Shown: positions 16,824-24,816 of the stretch, piece after piece
How the letters are laid out: each line of letters begins with the position of its first letter
Numbering within the stretch: position 1 is the stretch's first letter
From: Clostridia bacterium
Lineage (GTDB): Bacteria > Bacillota > Clostridia > Oscillospirales > CAG-272
Direction: 5' to 3'
Length of the DNA: 56,295 nt
NCBI GenBank assembly: GCA_017938425.1
Contig: JAGBBQ010000086.1
Span: forward strand, 1 to 56,295
The notes under the pieces: generated by a model
Databases searched by the model: none
Seen by the model: the letters and a program-made list of their open reading frames with translations, nothing else
What the model was told of the DNA's origin: nothing
Translations under genes and position numbers: made by a program

Positions 16824-17738
16824 TTAGAAATTATCGGGATATACGCCCTCTTCCTTCAGACGGCGGAAGGCCTCGACGACCGCGACCTTATCCTCCTTAT
16901 AGGTCACACCGTACCACTTATCGGTGTTGGAGAGCACGCGCACGTCTGCCTTGCCCTCTCCGATCAGATCCGAAACGACGGAGGGGAGGAAGAACTCGCA
17001 CTTCTCGGGGTTCTTCGGCAGGTTCTCCGTAAGGAAGGCGGAGAAGCGCTTCGCGCACTCCTCGATGTACGAAGGTGTGAAGCCCCAGAGGTTCATCGAA
17101 ACGAGGGCCTCGGGATCCAGCACGGTATCCACGCCGTCCTCGGTATAGTAGATCTCGCCGTTTTCGCGGATGCCGATCTTCGTGCGCTCCACAATCTCGG
17201 TGAGAAGGCCGTTCTCATCCTTGGTGCAGATGCCGCGCGAGACCGTTCCCTGCTCGGTGACGGTATTCTTGATGCGGTAGCCGACCATCGCATAGTGATA
17301 CTTTTCGTCATCCTCGGCATTCTTCAGAAAATCGTAGATCTTCGTAAAGGCGTTGGCGCCGTAGTAATCGTCCGCATTGATGACTGCGAAGGGCGCCTTC
17401 ACCGTGCCGAGGCAGGTGAGAATGGCGTGCGCCGTGCCCCACGGCTTCTTTCTTCCCTCGGGAACCGAGAAGCCCTCGGGCAGAGCGTCCAGCTCCTGGT
17501 ATACGTACTTCACCTCGATATCCTTGCCCGCGAGATGCTTATCCATTACCTCACGGAAATCCTTCTCGATCTCCTTCTTGATAATAAAGGTGACCGCCTT
17601 GAAGCCTGCGCGGATCGCATCGTAGATCGAATAGTCAATGATGATATGACCCTTATCGTCCACCGCGTCGATCTGCTTCAGACCGCCGTAACGCGAGCCC
17701 ATGCCCGCCGCCATGATCACAAGTTCGGGATTTTTCAT
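16824..17738 (-). CDS. Sugar-phosphate nucleotidyltransferase family protein
   Basis: N-terminal NTP-transferase signature VIMAAGMGSRYGGLKQ and INADDYYG. RBS ggagga precedes the ATG on the minus strand. Confidence 0.8.
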   Translation of the reverse strand: MKNPELVIMAAGMGSRYGGLKQIDAVDDKGHIIIDYSIYDAIRAGFKAVTFIIKKEIEKDFREVMDKHLAGKDIEVKYVYQELDALPEGFSVPEGRKKPWGTAHAILTCLGTVKAPFAVINADDYYGANAFTKIYDFLKNAEDDEKYHYAMVGYRIKNTVTEQGTVSRGICTKDENGLLTEIVERTKIGIRENGEIYYTEDGVDTVLDPEALVSMNLWGFTPSYIEECAKRFSAFLTENLPKNPEKCEFFLPSVVSDLIGEGKADVRVLSNTDKWYGVTYKEDKVAVVEAFRRLKEEGVYPDNF

Positions 17739-17880
17739 TTATGTTTCCTCCGAATGTTTATTCTTTTCTTGTATTTTAGCACAGTTTATTAACAAATGCA
17801 AGAGTCGCGGAGCAAAAAACACTATTTTAAAAGGTTTTTAACCGAAATTACAAAAAAGTTGTAAACATTTTCCTTTTTAC

Positions 17881-17909
17881 TTGCAAAAGAGTGATGCTTG
17901 GTGTATAAT
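17881..17909 (+). promoter_or_regulatory. Sigma-A type promoter for yajC
   Basis: TTGCAA (17881-17886), 17-nt spacer, TATAAT (17904-17909). Confidence 0.7.
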
Positions 17910-17941
17910 AGAATGGAAAAATTCGAAAGGATAAATAAAAA

Positions 17942-18340
17942 ATGCTGAATTTTGCACTTTTAACCGAGACCGCACAGAACGGAGGCGGTATGTGGGGCAC
18001 GATCATTATGATCGGTCTGCTCTTCGTTTTCCTTTACTTCTTCATGATCCGTCCCCAGAAGAAGCAGGAGCGCAAGGATGCCGAGATGAGAGATTCTCTC
18101 GCCGTTGGCGACGAGGTCACCACCATTGGCGGCATCATCGGCAAGGTCATCTCCATCAAGGGCGAGACCTTCGTGCTTGAGACCACCAGAGAGAAGACCC
18201 AGATCCGCTTTCTCAAGGGCGCGGTCCGCACTATCGACGTGAAGACTGCCGACGTTGCGGCGGCCGTTGTTGAGGCGAAGGAGGCCGAGGCGGCGGTTGA
18301 GGAGACGGCTGTCGAGGACAAGAACGCAGACGCAAAGTAA
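17942..18340 (+). CDS. yajC: Preprotein translocase subunit YajC
   Basis: TM segment followed by FFMIRPQKKQERK ... LAVGDEVTTIGGIIGKVISIKGETFVLE, the canonical YajC core. The start could instead be the internal ATG (MWGT...). Confidence 0.88.
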   Translation: MLNFALLTETAQNGGGMWGTIIMIGLLFVFLYFFMIRPQKKQERKDAEMRDSLAVGDEVTTIGGIIGKVISIKGETFVLETTREKTQIRFLKGAVRTIDVKTADVAAAVVEAKEAEAAVEETAVEDKNADAK

Positions 18341-18358
18341 TTTTTCCGTCATAGAAAA

Positions 18359-18407
18359 GGATCTGTGCGCATACCCTTTAACAGAAGGGCGCACAGATCC
18401 TTTTTTT
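18359..18407 (+). terminator. Rho-independent terminator after yajC
   Basis: ggatctgtgcgc ... gcgcacagatcc, a 12-bp stem followed by ttttttt. Confidence 0.9.
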
Positions 18408-18446
18408 GCGCCCGTATCAACGCCGCACGGCAGGACGGAGCGTTTT

Positions 18447-18839
18447 ATGAAATCTAAGCACAAAAATACGAAAAGCACCCCGAAAAAAAGGATCCTTTAC
18501 GGGCTTCTGATCTCCGTTTTTTCCCTTCTCTCGATCCTTCTGCTCGCCTCTCTTCTGATCCTGCTTACGCGCGATCCTCTATCGGGCAGCGACCGCTACT
18601 CCTCTCTGATCTTTGCGGCGGCAGGCGTGCTTGCAGGCTTTCTCGGACGGCGGCTGATCGGCGAGCGGATCTTTCTCGTTTGCCCGGCGCTCACGGTGCT
18701 GATCGCGCTTCTTCTCGGGCTTTTTCTCTCGGGCGGGCACATCGCCCCCTCCGCGCTCCTCTCCGAGGGGATCTATCTCGCCTCTGCCGCCCTCACCTTT
18801 TACGCCGCGGCAGCGAAGAAAAAGAAGCGGCACCGCTGA
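18447..18839 (+). CDS. Small hydrophobic membrane protein of unknown function (about 4 TM)
   Basis: MKSKHKNTKSTPKKR followed by four hydrophobic segments and a basic tail KKKKRHR. The upstream Arg-rich part of the track ORF overlaps yajC and its terminator and is rejected. Confidence 0.55.
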   Translation: MKSKHKNTKSTPKKRILYGLLISVFSLLSILLLASLLILLTRDPLSGSDRYSSLIFAAAGVLAGFLGRRLIGERIFLVCPALTVLIALLLGLFLSGGHIAPSALLSEGIYLASAALTFYAAAAKKKKRHR

Positions 18840-18847
18840 CCCTTGCA

Positions 18848-18879
18848 GCAATCTTTTTTTCGAAAAAGATTGCTTTTTT
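18848..18879 (+). terminator. Rho-independent terminator
   Basis: gcaatcttttt-ttcg-aaaaagattgc plus tttttt. It is followed by an extended -10, TGTATAAT (18891-18898), for gpsA. Confidence 0.85.
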
Positions 18880-18926
18880 CTTTCCGTTCGTGTATAATGA
18901 AAGCAAAACACAGAGGGGAGATACCT

Positions 18927-19937
18927 ATGGCAACCATTACAGTGCTCGGCTCGGGCAGCTGGGGCACGGCGCTTGCGCGTACACTTTCTCTCGGCGGACA
19001 CGAGGTTTATCTCTGGTCACGCAAGGAGCAGACCACGCGCGCGCTTTGCGAGGCGAGGGAAAACAAGCGCTACCTGCCCGGCGTTTCGCTCGAGGGCATA
19101 CATTTTACAAGCGATATATCCGCCGTGCGCGGCGCCGATGCCTGCATTCTTGCCGTCCCCTCCTCCGCGATCGGGGAAACGGCAGCGCGCATCGCACCGT
19201 ATATCGAAGCGGGACAAGCCGTGATCTCTGCCGCAAAGGGCTTCGATCCCGAGAGCGGCGATCGGCTCTCCGAAACGGTGAAAAAGCACATTCCGCACGC
19301 CTCCGTCTCGGTGCTGAGCGGGCCTTCGCACGCCGAGGAGGTTGCCCTCGGGCTTCCGACGACGAACGTGATCGCAAACAGCGACATCCGAAGAGCACAG
19401 CACGTGCAGGCGCTCTTCACCTCAGGGAGCTTTCGCATCTACGCCTCCGACGACGTGATCGGCGTGGAGCTCGGGGGTGCTTTGAAGAACGTGGTCGCGC
19501 TCTGCGCGGGCATCAGCGACGGGCACGGCTACGGAGACAACACCAAGGCGGCGCTGATGACGCGCGGCCTCTCCGAGATGATTCGCCTCGGCGTGAAAAT
19601 GGGCGCAAGGCACGAGACCTTTATGGGGCTTTCGGGTATGGGCGATCTGATCGTGACCTGCACGAGCGTGCACTCACGAAACCGCCGTGCCGGCATTCTG
19701 ATCGGGCAAGGGCGCAGCGTTGCCGAGGCGGAGACCGCGGTCGGTATGGTCGTTGAGGGCATACGCGCGGCAAAGTCCGCTTATATGCTGAAGGAAAGAT
19801 ACGGCGTGGATATGCCGATCGTGGACGCGGCGTACCGCCTTCTGTTTGAGGGAGCAAAAACCGAGGACTGCGTGCGCGCTCTGATGGGGCGGCCGCTGAA
19901 AAACGAGACAGAAAAATACATTGAAGAATTAAATTAA
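18927..19937 (+). CDS. gpsA: NAD(P)H-dependent glycerol-3-phosphate dehydrogenase
   Basis: MATITVLGSGSWGTALA, LSGPSHAEEV, GALKNVVALCAG and DLIVTCTS motifs. RBS gaggggag upstream. Confidence 0.93.
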   Translation: MATITVLGSGSWGTALARTLSLGGHEVYLWSRKEQTTRALCEARENKRYLPGVSLEGIHFTSDISAVRGADACILAVPSSAIGETAARIAPYIEAGQAVISAAKGFDPESGDRLSETVKKHIPHASVSVLSGPSHAEEVALGLPTTNVIANSDIRRAQHVQALFTSGSFRIYASDDVIGVELGGALKNVVALCAGISDGHGYGDNTKAALMTRGLSEMIRLGVKMGARHETFMGLSGMGDLIVTCTSVHSRNRRAGILIGQGRSVAEAETAVGMVVEGIRAAKSAYMLKERYGVDMPIVDAAYRLLFEGAKTEDCVRALMGRPLKNETEKYIEELN

Positions 19938-19972
19938 ATTTTTCACCCAAGATTATAAAGGAGACTTTTTCT

Positions 19973-21451
19973 ATGAACGAGAAGTTTTTTGTTACCTACG
20001 AGCAGTTCGGCGCGGTCGGCGACGGAAAAACCGATGACATTGAGGCCATTGCGAAGGCGCACGCATATGCAAACGAGCACCGCCTGCCCGTGAAGGCAAA
20101 GGACGATGCGACCTATTACATCGGCGGCAAATGCTGCCCCGTTACGGTCAAGACCTCGACCGACTTCGGCAAGGCGCATTTCATCATCGACGACAGAGCG
20201 TGCGAGGCGCATAACAAGCATATCTTCTACGTGACGAGCGACTGCGAATACTACCCCGTTCAGATCGACAAGCTCGACAAGGGGCAGAAGAAGATCGATA
20301 TTCCCCACAAGGGCAACATCTTCGTTAAGGTCAGAAACGAAAACAAGCGCGTTTATATCCGCTACGGCGCAAACCAGAACAACGGCAACGCACTGATCGA
20401 CTACTTCACCGTGGATAAGGACGGCAACATCGGCACGCTGATGGCCTGGCAGTTCGACGAGGTGACCGAGGCTTGGGCGAAGTCCACCGATGAGGAGCCG
20501 ATCCGCATCGAGGGCGGCACCTTTACAACGATCGCAAACCTCGATCCCTTCGAGAAGCGCAGATACCACAGCCGCGCCTTCTCCTGCAAGCGCTCGCACG
20601 TGCATTTTCGCAATATCACGCATCTGATCTCGGGTGAGCCCGAGCCCGAGGAGCATTACAGCTCGCCCTATGCGGGCTTCCTCTGCATTGAGGACTGCTA
20701 TGACGTCACGGTCGAGAACGTGACCTTCACGCCCCACAGGACCTATCACTTCACGATGGCGAACGGCGTCATCAATGCGATCGGCACCTACGAGATGAAC
20801 GGCGGCGGCACGATCGGCTTAAAGCTCATCGGCCTCAGGCAGACGATCGACATCCAGGACTCCCGCTACTGGGGACTGATGGGAACGAACTTCTGCAAGG
20901 ATATGCTGCTCGAGGACTGCAAGATCTCGCGCTTTGACGCGCACTGCGGCGTGCATAACGTGACGATGCGGGGCTGCGAGTTCGGCCACGTGACGATGGA
21001 GGTCATCGGCTTCGGCAATTTCCTTTACGAGAACGGCATCAACCACGGCTCGCGCTTCTTCCTTCTGCGCGGTGACTACGGCTCCTTCTTCAAGGGTGAC
21101 GTGACCATCCGCCACGCAGTCTGGGATGCCATTCCCAACAGCGTAAACGGCAAATCCTTCTTCTTCAATGCATCCAATGGCGGCACGCACGATTTCGGCT
21201 ACACCTGCGAGATGCCGAGGCACATCCTGCTGGAGGACGTGCTGATCGACGATAGCCGCATCGGTGAGGGACACGAGGAGCCCTGCCTCTTCAACGCCTA
21301 CTGCAAGACGCTCGACTGCGAGCGCCCCTTCCCCTACGGTCTGCCCGAGACGATCACGCTGAAAAACGTGCGCACCAAGAGCGGCAAGCCCGTGAAGATC
21401 TTCGCGGACGCTTCGCTCTTCGAGGGTGTGAAGGTTATCATCGAGGACTGA
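19973..21451 (+). CDS. Right-handed beta-helix protein with an N-terminal pectate-lyase-3-like domain (copy 1). No signal peptide; function unknown, possibly a glycoside hydrolase or lyase.
   Basis: N-terminus YEQFGAVGDGKTDDIEAIAKAHAYANEH matches the pectate_lyase_3 / GH28-55-like motif GAxGDGxTDD. 492 aa; RBS aaggaga; no hydrophobic leader. Confidence 0.65.
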   Translation: MNEKFFVTYEQFGAVGDGKTDDIEAIAKAHAYANEHRLPVKAKDDATYYIGGKCCPVTVKTSTDFGKAHFIIDDRACEAHNKHIFYVTSDCEYYPVQIDKLDKGQKKIDIPHKGNIFVKVRNENKRVYIRYGANQNNGNALIDYFTVDKDGNIGTLMAWQFDEVTEAWAKSTDEEPIRIEGGTFTTIANLDPFEKRRYHSRAFSCKRSHVHFRNITHLISGEPEPEEHYSSPYAGFLCIEDCYDVTVENVTFTPHRTYHFTMANGVINAIGTYEMNGGGTIGLKLIGLRQTIDIQDSRYWGLMGTNFCKDMLLEDCKISRFDAHCGVHNVTMRGCEFGHVTMEVIGFGNFLYENGINHGSRFFLLRGDYGSFFKGDVTIRHAVWDAIPNSVNGKSFFFNASNGGTHDFGYTCEMPRHILLEDVLIDDSRIGEGHEEPCLFNAYCKTLDCERPFPYGLPETITLKNVRTKSGKPVKIFADASLFEGVKVIIED

Positions 21452-21468
21452 CAAGGCAATAAAGGCTT

Positions 21469-21502
21469 GCGTGCGCACGAAAGAAACGTGCGCACGCTTT
21501 TT
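21469..21502 (+). terminator. Rho-independent terminator between the two beta-helix paralogs
   Basis: gcgtgcgcacg-aaagaaa-cgtgcgcacgc, a perfect 11-bp stem followed by ttttt. Confidence 0.9.
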
Positions 21503-21599
21503 ATATCAAAATATTCAAAATTATTCACCGATTTTTCTATTGTCTGCGCATCCGCTTTATGGTACACTTAAAGAAAAAAGCGAAACGGAGGGCAGGATT

Positions 21600-23078
21600 T
21601 TGGAAAACGGGCAATTGGTTACTTACGAGGCGTTCGGCGCGGTCGGAGACGGAAAAACCGACGATATGGAGGCGATCATCCGCGCACACGCATATGCGAA
21701 TGAGCACACCCTTCCCGTAAGGGCACGGGACGATGCGACCTATTATATCGGAGGACGGGCGGGCGCCATCGTGATCCGCACCTCCACCGATTTCGGCAAG
21801 GCTCACTTCGTAATTGATGACAGAAGTGTCGAGGTGCCGGGCGAGCATCTTTTCTTTGTTAACAGCGATTTTGACTACTATCCTGTACATATTGACAAAA
21901 TCGACAAGGGTCAGAAGCGGATCGATATTCCGCACGAGGGCAATATTTACGTTAAGGCCGTGAACGAAAACAAGCGCGTATATATCCGCTACGGCGCGAA
22001 CGCGAACAGCGGCGCGGCATTGCGCGACTACTTCACCGTGGATGGGGACGGCAACATCGGCACATGGATGCCATGGCAATTTGACGAGGTGACCGAGGCA
22101 TATGCAAAATCCACCGATGAGAGAGCCATCACCATCCGCGGCGGTATTTTTGAGAACATCGTCAACCTCGACACGCTCGAAAACCGCCGTTATTACGGAC
22201 GCGGTATTCTCTGCACGCGCTCGCACGTGCATTTTCTCGATATGACGCATCTCGTTACGGGAGAGCCCGAGCCCGAAGCGCATTACAGCTCGCCCTACGG
22301 CGGCTTTCTCAACGTGGACGAATGCGTGGACGTAACGGTGGAAAATTTGCTTCTCACGCCGCACAGGACCTACTACTTCACGATGCCGGGCGGCGGCATC
22401 AACGCGATGGGCTCCTACGGCATCACCGCCTGCGGCGCGATCGGCTTAAAGCTGATCGGACTCAAGCAAACGGTTGATATTCTCGACACCCGCTATTGGG
22501 GGCTGATGGGCTCCAATTACTGCAAGGATATGCTGCTCGATCGCTGCGTGATCTCGCGCTTTGACGCGCATCAGGGCGTGCATAACGTGACGATGCGGGA
22601 TTGCACCTTCGGCCATGCGAAGCTGCAGGTGATCGGCTTCGGCGAATGTCTCATCGAGCGCTGTCGGATGCACGGCGGCCTCCTGATGCTGCTGCGCAGC
22701 GACTACGGCTCCTTCTTCGACGGCAGCGTCACCGTGCGCGACTGCGAATGGAGGATCCTTCCCTATGACAAGATCGGCTACCTTCTCGCCGCAGGCAACA
22801 ACGGCAAGCACGATTTCGGCTATCCCTGTATGCTCCCGAGGAATATTTCCGTTGAAAACCTGCTGATCGACGATACGGAAACAAACGCAGACTATGCGGG
22901 CACCTATCTTTTCAGCGACTACGATACCTACAGCGAGGAATTCGCAAACGGCAGACCCTACCCCTACGGACTGCCCGAGACGGTGACACTGAAAAACCTG
23001 CGCACCAAGAGCGGCCGCCCGATCGCGCACTTCAAGGACGAACGGCTCTTCCCCGGCGTGAAGGTAACGGAAGAATGA
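21600..23078 (+). CDS. Right-handed beta-helix protein, paralog of 19973-21451 (copy 2)
   Basis: Collinear with copy 1 (YEAFGAVGDGKTDDMEAI, STDFGKAHFVIDDR, NENKRVYIRYGAN, SRFDAHQGVHNVTMR, PYGLPETVTLKNLRTKSGRP). A TTG at 21600, 7 nt after ggagg, gives exactly 492 aa like copy 1. The track start at 21471 lies inside the upstream terminator. Confidence 0.65.
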   Translation: MENGQLVTYEAFGAVGDGKTDDMEAIIRAHAYANEHTLPVRARDDATYYIGGRAGAIVIRTSTDFGKAHFVIDDRSVEVPGEHLFFVNSDFDYYPVHIDKIDKGQKRIDIPHEGNIYVKAVNENKRVYIRYGANANSGAALRDYFTVDGDGNIGTWMPWQFDEVTEAYAKSTDERAITIRGGIFENIVNLDTLENRRYYGRGILCTRSHVHFLDMTHLVTGEPEPEAHYSSPYGGFLNVDECVDVTVENLLLTPHRTYYFTMPGGGINAMGSYGITACGAIGLKLIGLKQTVDILDTRYWGLMGSNYCKDMLLDRCVISRFDAHQGVHNVTMRDCTFGHAKLQVIGFGECLIERCRMHGGLLMLLRSDYGSFFDGSVTVRDCEWRILPYDKIGYLLAAGNNGKHDFGYPCMLPRNISVENLLIDDTETNADYAGTYLFSDYDTYSEEFANGRPYPYGLPETVTLKNLRTKSGRPIAHFKDERLFPGVKVTEE

Positions 23079-23098
23079 CCGCCTGCGTATAATGAGTT

Positions 23099-23805
23099 GG
23101 AAGAAAACCGCAGTTTTTCAACCTTAATTCCTTTTAAATTTGATATTAAGAAAAAAGAGGCACTGATTAAACAGTACCTCTTCTTTTTTCGTTTTCGGTT
23201 ATCTCGGGAGGCGCGATGCAAGGCATCGCGAATGAAATCCGCGAAAGCGGATAAAATAGGAAGCCCCTTGGGGCAAACAGATCCCGAGGAGAAATCGTCG
23301 TTCTTCGCCCCGAAGGCGTATATACATACGCCGAGAGGAAGAAAACGGCGATAGAAAACGAAAATACAATAAGAACGGAAGAAAACCGCAAGGTTTTCAA
23401 CCTTAATTCCTTTTAAATCTGATATAAAGAAAAAAAGAGGCACTGATTAAACAGTACCTCTTCCTTTTTTCGTTTTCGGTTATCCCGGGAGGCGGAAGCC
23501 CCAAGTTTTCGTTTTCGGTTCTACCGGGAGGCGCGATGCAAGGCATCGCGAATGAAATCCGCGAAAGCGGATGAAATAGGAAGCCCCTTGGGGCAAACAG
23601 ATCCCGAGGAGAAATCGTCGGCTGAGCCGCGAGAAGCGTACAAGCGTACGCTGAGCGGTGAAACGGCGATAGAAAACGAAAATCCGATAAGATGGAAGAA
23701 AACCGTAGGTTTTCAACCTCAATACCTTATCAAATACGCAAAAAGAAAAGGAAGAGGCACTGATTAAACAGTACCTCTTCTTTTTCGTTTTCGGTTCTAC
23801 CGGGA
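23099..23805. repeat. Head-to-tail array (about 2.4 copies) of an approximately 280-nt, highly structured, non-coding unit
   Basis: Units start at 23099, 23377 and 23694, each with motif ggaagaaaaccg. Each holds multiple conserved hairpins, two of them with GNRA loops. Copy 2 has a ~39-nt internal partial duplication (23467-23505). The array fills the gap between convergent stops at 23078 and 23820. Confidence 0.9.
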
Positions 23806-23819
23806 TATGTTCCCCAAAA

Positions 23820-24665
23820 TTAATATTTTTTGTTTTGGAGTGCAGTCTCCGTATTGTATATCGCCTGCTTCGCCGCCTTATCCGAATGCATAACGATATA
23901 ACTGTAGATACTGTCAAAAAGCGCGAGCTGCGCATAGCGCGAGGAAAGACCGAGGATCGAATACTTGGTTTCGGCGGATCTCGTGAAGAGCGCGTAATCC
24001 GCGGCGGAGACGATCGGGGACTCGCCGTAGTTGGTCACACAGACGGTGGTGGCGCCGCAGATCTTGCAAAGGCGCAGGGCATCCACGATGTCCTTGGAGG
24101 CGCCCGAATGCGAGATGCCGATGGCAACGCTGCCCCGCTTCAGATGCGAGGCGATGATCGCCTGCATATGGTTATCGCAGCAGGCCTGCGCAGAGAGACC
24201 GAGGCGCAGCAGCTTATGCGCGGCATCCTGCGCAATGGCGGCAGAGTTTCCAAGCCCGAAAAGCACCGTTCTATCACTCTTCATCACAAGCTCTGCCACA
24301 CGCGCAAGCTGCTCGGCATCCAGGACCGACTCGGTATTCTTCAGCGATTCGACCACGCCTGCGTTTTGCTTTTTAAAGATCTCGTAGCAGGAGTCCTCGC
24401 GCGTGATCTCACCGCCGAGAGAGGAGGAGGCGCCCATCTCGCTCGCGAGACGGAGCTTCAGCGCCTGGTAGCCCTCCAGTCCCAGCCTGCGCGAAAGACG
24501 CACCACCGTGGCATCGCCGCAGCCACAGCATTTTGCAAGCTCGGAGATCGAAAGCGCGATCATCTCGCCCGTATTATTTAATATATAATTCGCGATCCTT
24601 TTTTCCGCGGGCCCCATCTCATCCCGAAGAAAGCGAAGCTTATGCGTGATCGATTCCATTTTCAC
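23820..24665 (-). CDS. MurR/RpiR family transcriptional regulator (HTH_6 + SIS domain)
   Basis: N-terminal RIANYILNN...ISELAKCCGCGDATVVRLSRRLGLEGYQALK and a C-terminal SIS domain (LFGLGNSAAIAQDAAHKLLRLG ... ISHSGASKD). Confidence 0.92.
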   Translation of the reverse strand: MKMESITHKLRFLRDEMGPAEKRIANYILNNTGEMIALSISELAKCCGCGDATVVRLSRRLGLEGYQALKLRLASEMGASSSLGGEITREDSCYEIFKKQNAGVVESLKNTESVLDAEQLARVAELVMKSDRTVLFGLGNSAAIAQDAAHKLLRLGLSAQACCDNHMQAIIASHLKRGSVAIGISHSGASKDIVDALRLCKICGATTVCVTNYGESPIVSAADYALFTRSAETKYSILGLSSRYAQLALFDSIYSYIVMHSDKAAKQAIYNTETALQNKKY

Positions 24666-24670
24666 ACCTC

Positions 24671-24691
24671 AAATGAAAATAATTTTCATTT
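24671..24691. promoter_or_regulatory. 9-3-9 palindrome AAATGAAAA-taa-TTTTCATTT, a candidate RpiR operator
   Basis: A perfect inverted repeat 6 nt upstream of the rpiR-like start codon, in the divergent intergenic region. Confidence 0.5.
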
Positions 24692-24747
24692 ATTGTATCA
24701 TAAAGGCGCAAAAATGTCAATTCCGTAGAAAAAAATTTCAAAAATTG

Positions 24748-24776
24748 TTGCAAAGAAAAATGCCGTATGGTAGAAT
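24748..24776 (+). promoter_or_regulatory. Sigma-A type promoter of the catabolic operon
   Basis: TTGCAA (24748-24753), 17-nt spacer, TAGAAT (24771-24776). Confidence 0.6.
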
Positions 24777-24816
24777 AAAGCCATCAATAAATAATTAAAT
24801 TAAGGAGAATTTTGTT

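Noticed and set aside
23099-23805. Small self-cleaving ribozyme (hammerhead-like) in the tandem units, prompted by cactgattaaacag and the GAAA loops.
   Set aside because: The hammerhead core CUGAnGA is not present: the sequence reads CUGAUUA, lacking the essential G. The helix arrangement does not fit the three-way hammerhead junction. I see no twister, pistol or hatchet core either, but this was judged by eye only.
22964-23935. Track ORFs inside the 23.1-23.8 kb repeat array (23097..23354 +, 23552..23767 +, 22964..23443 -, 23167..23400 -, 23480..23935 -).
   Set aside because: They run through terminator-like hairpins, have no RBS, and are not conserved in frame between repeat copies. Only the first ~23 codons of MKSAKAD... 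repeat, because the DNA repeats. They also overlap the ends of real genes.
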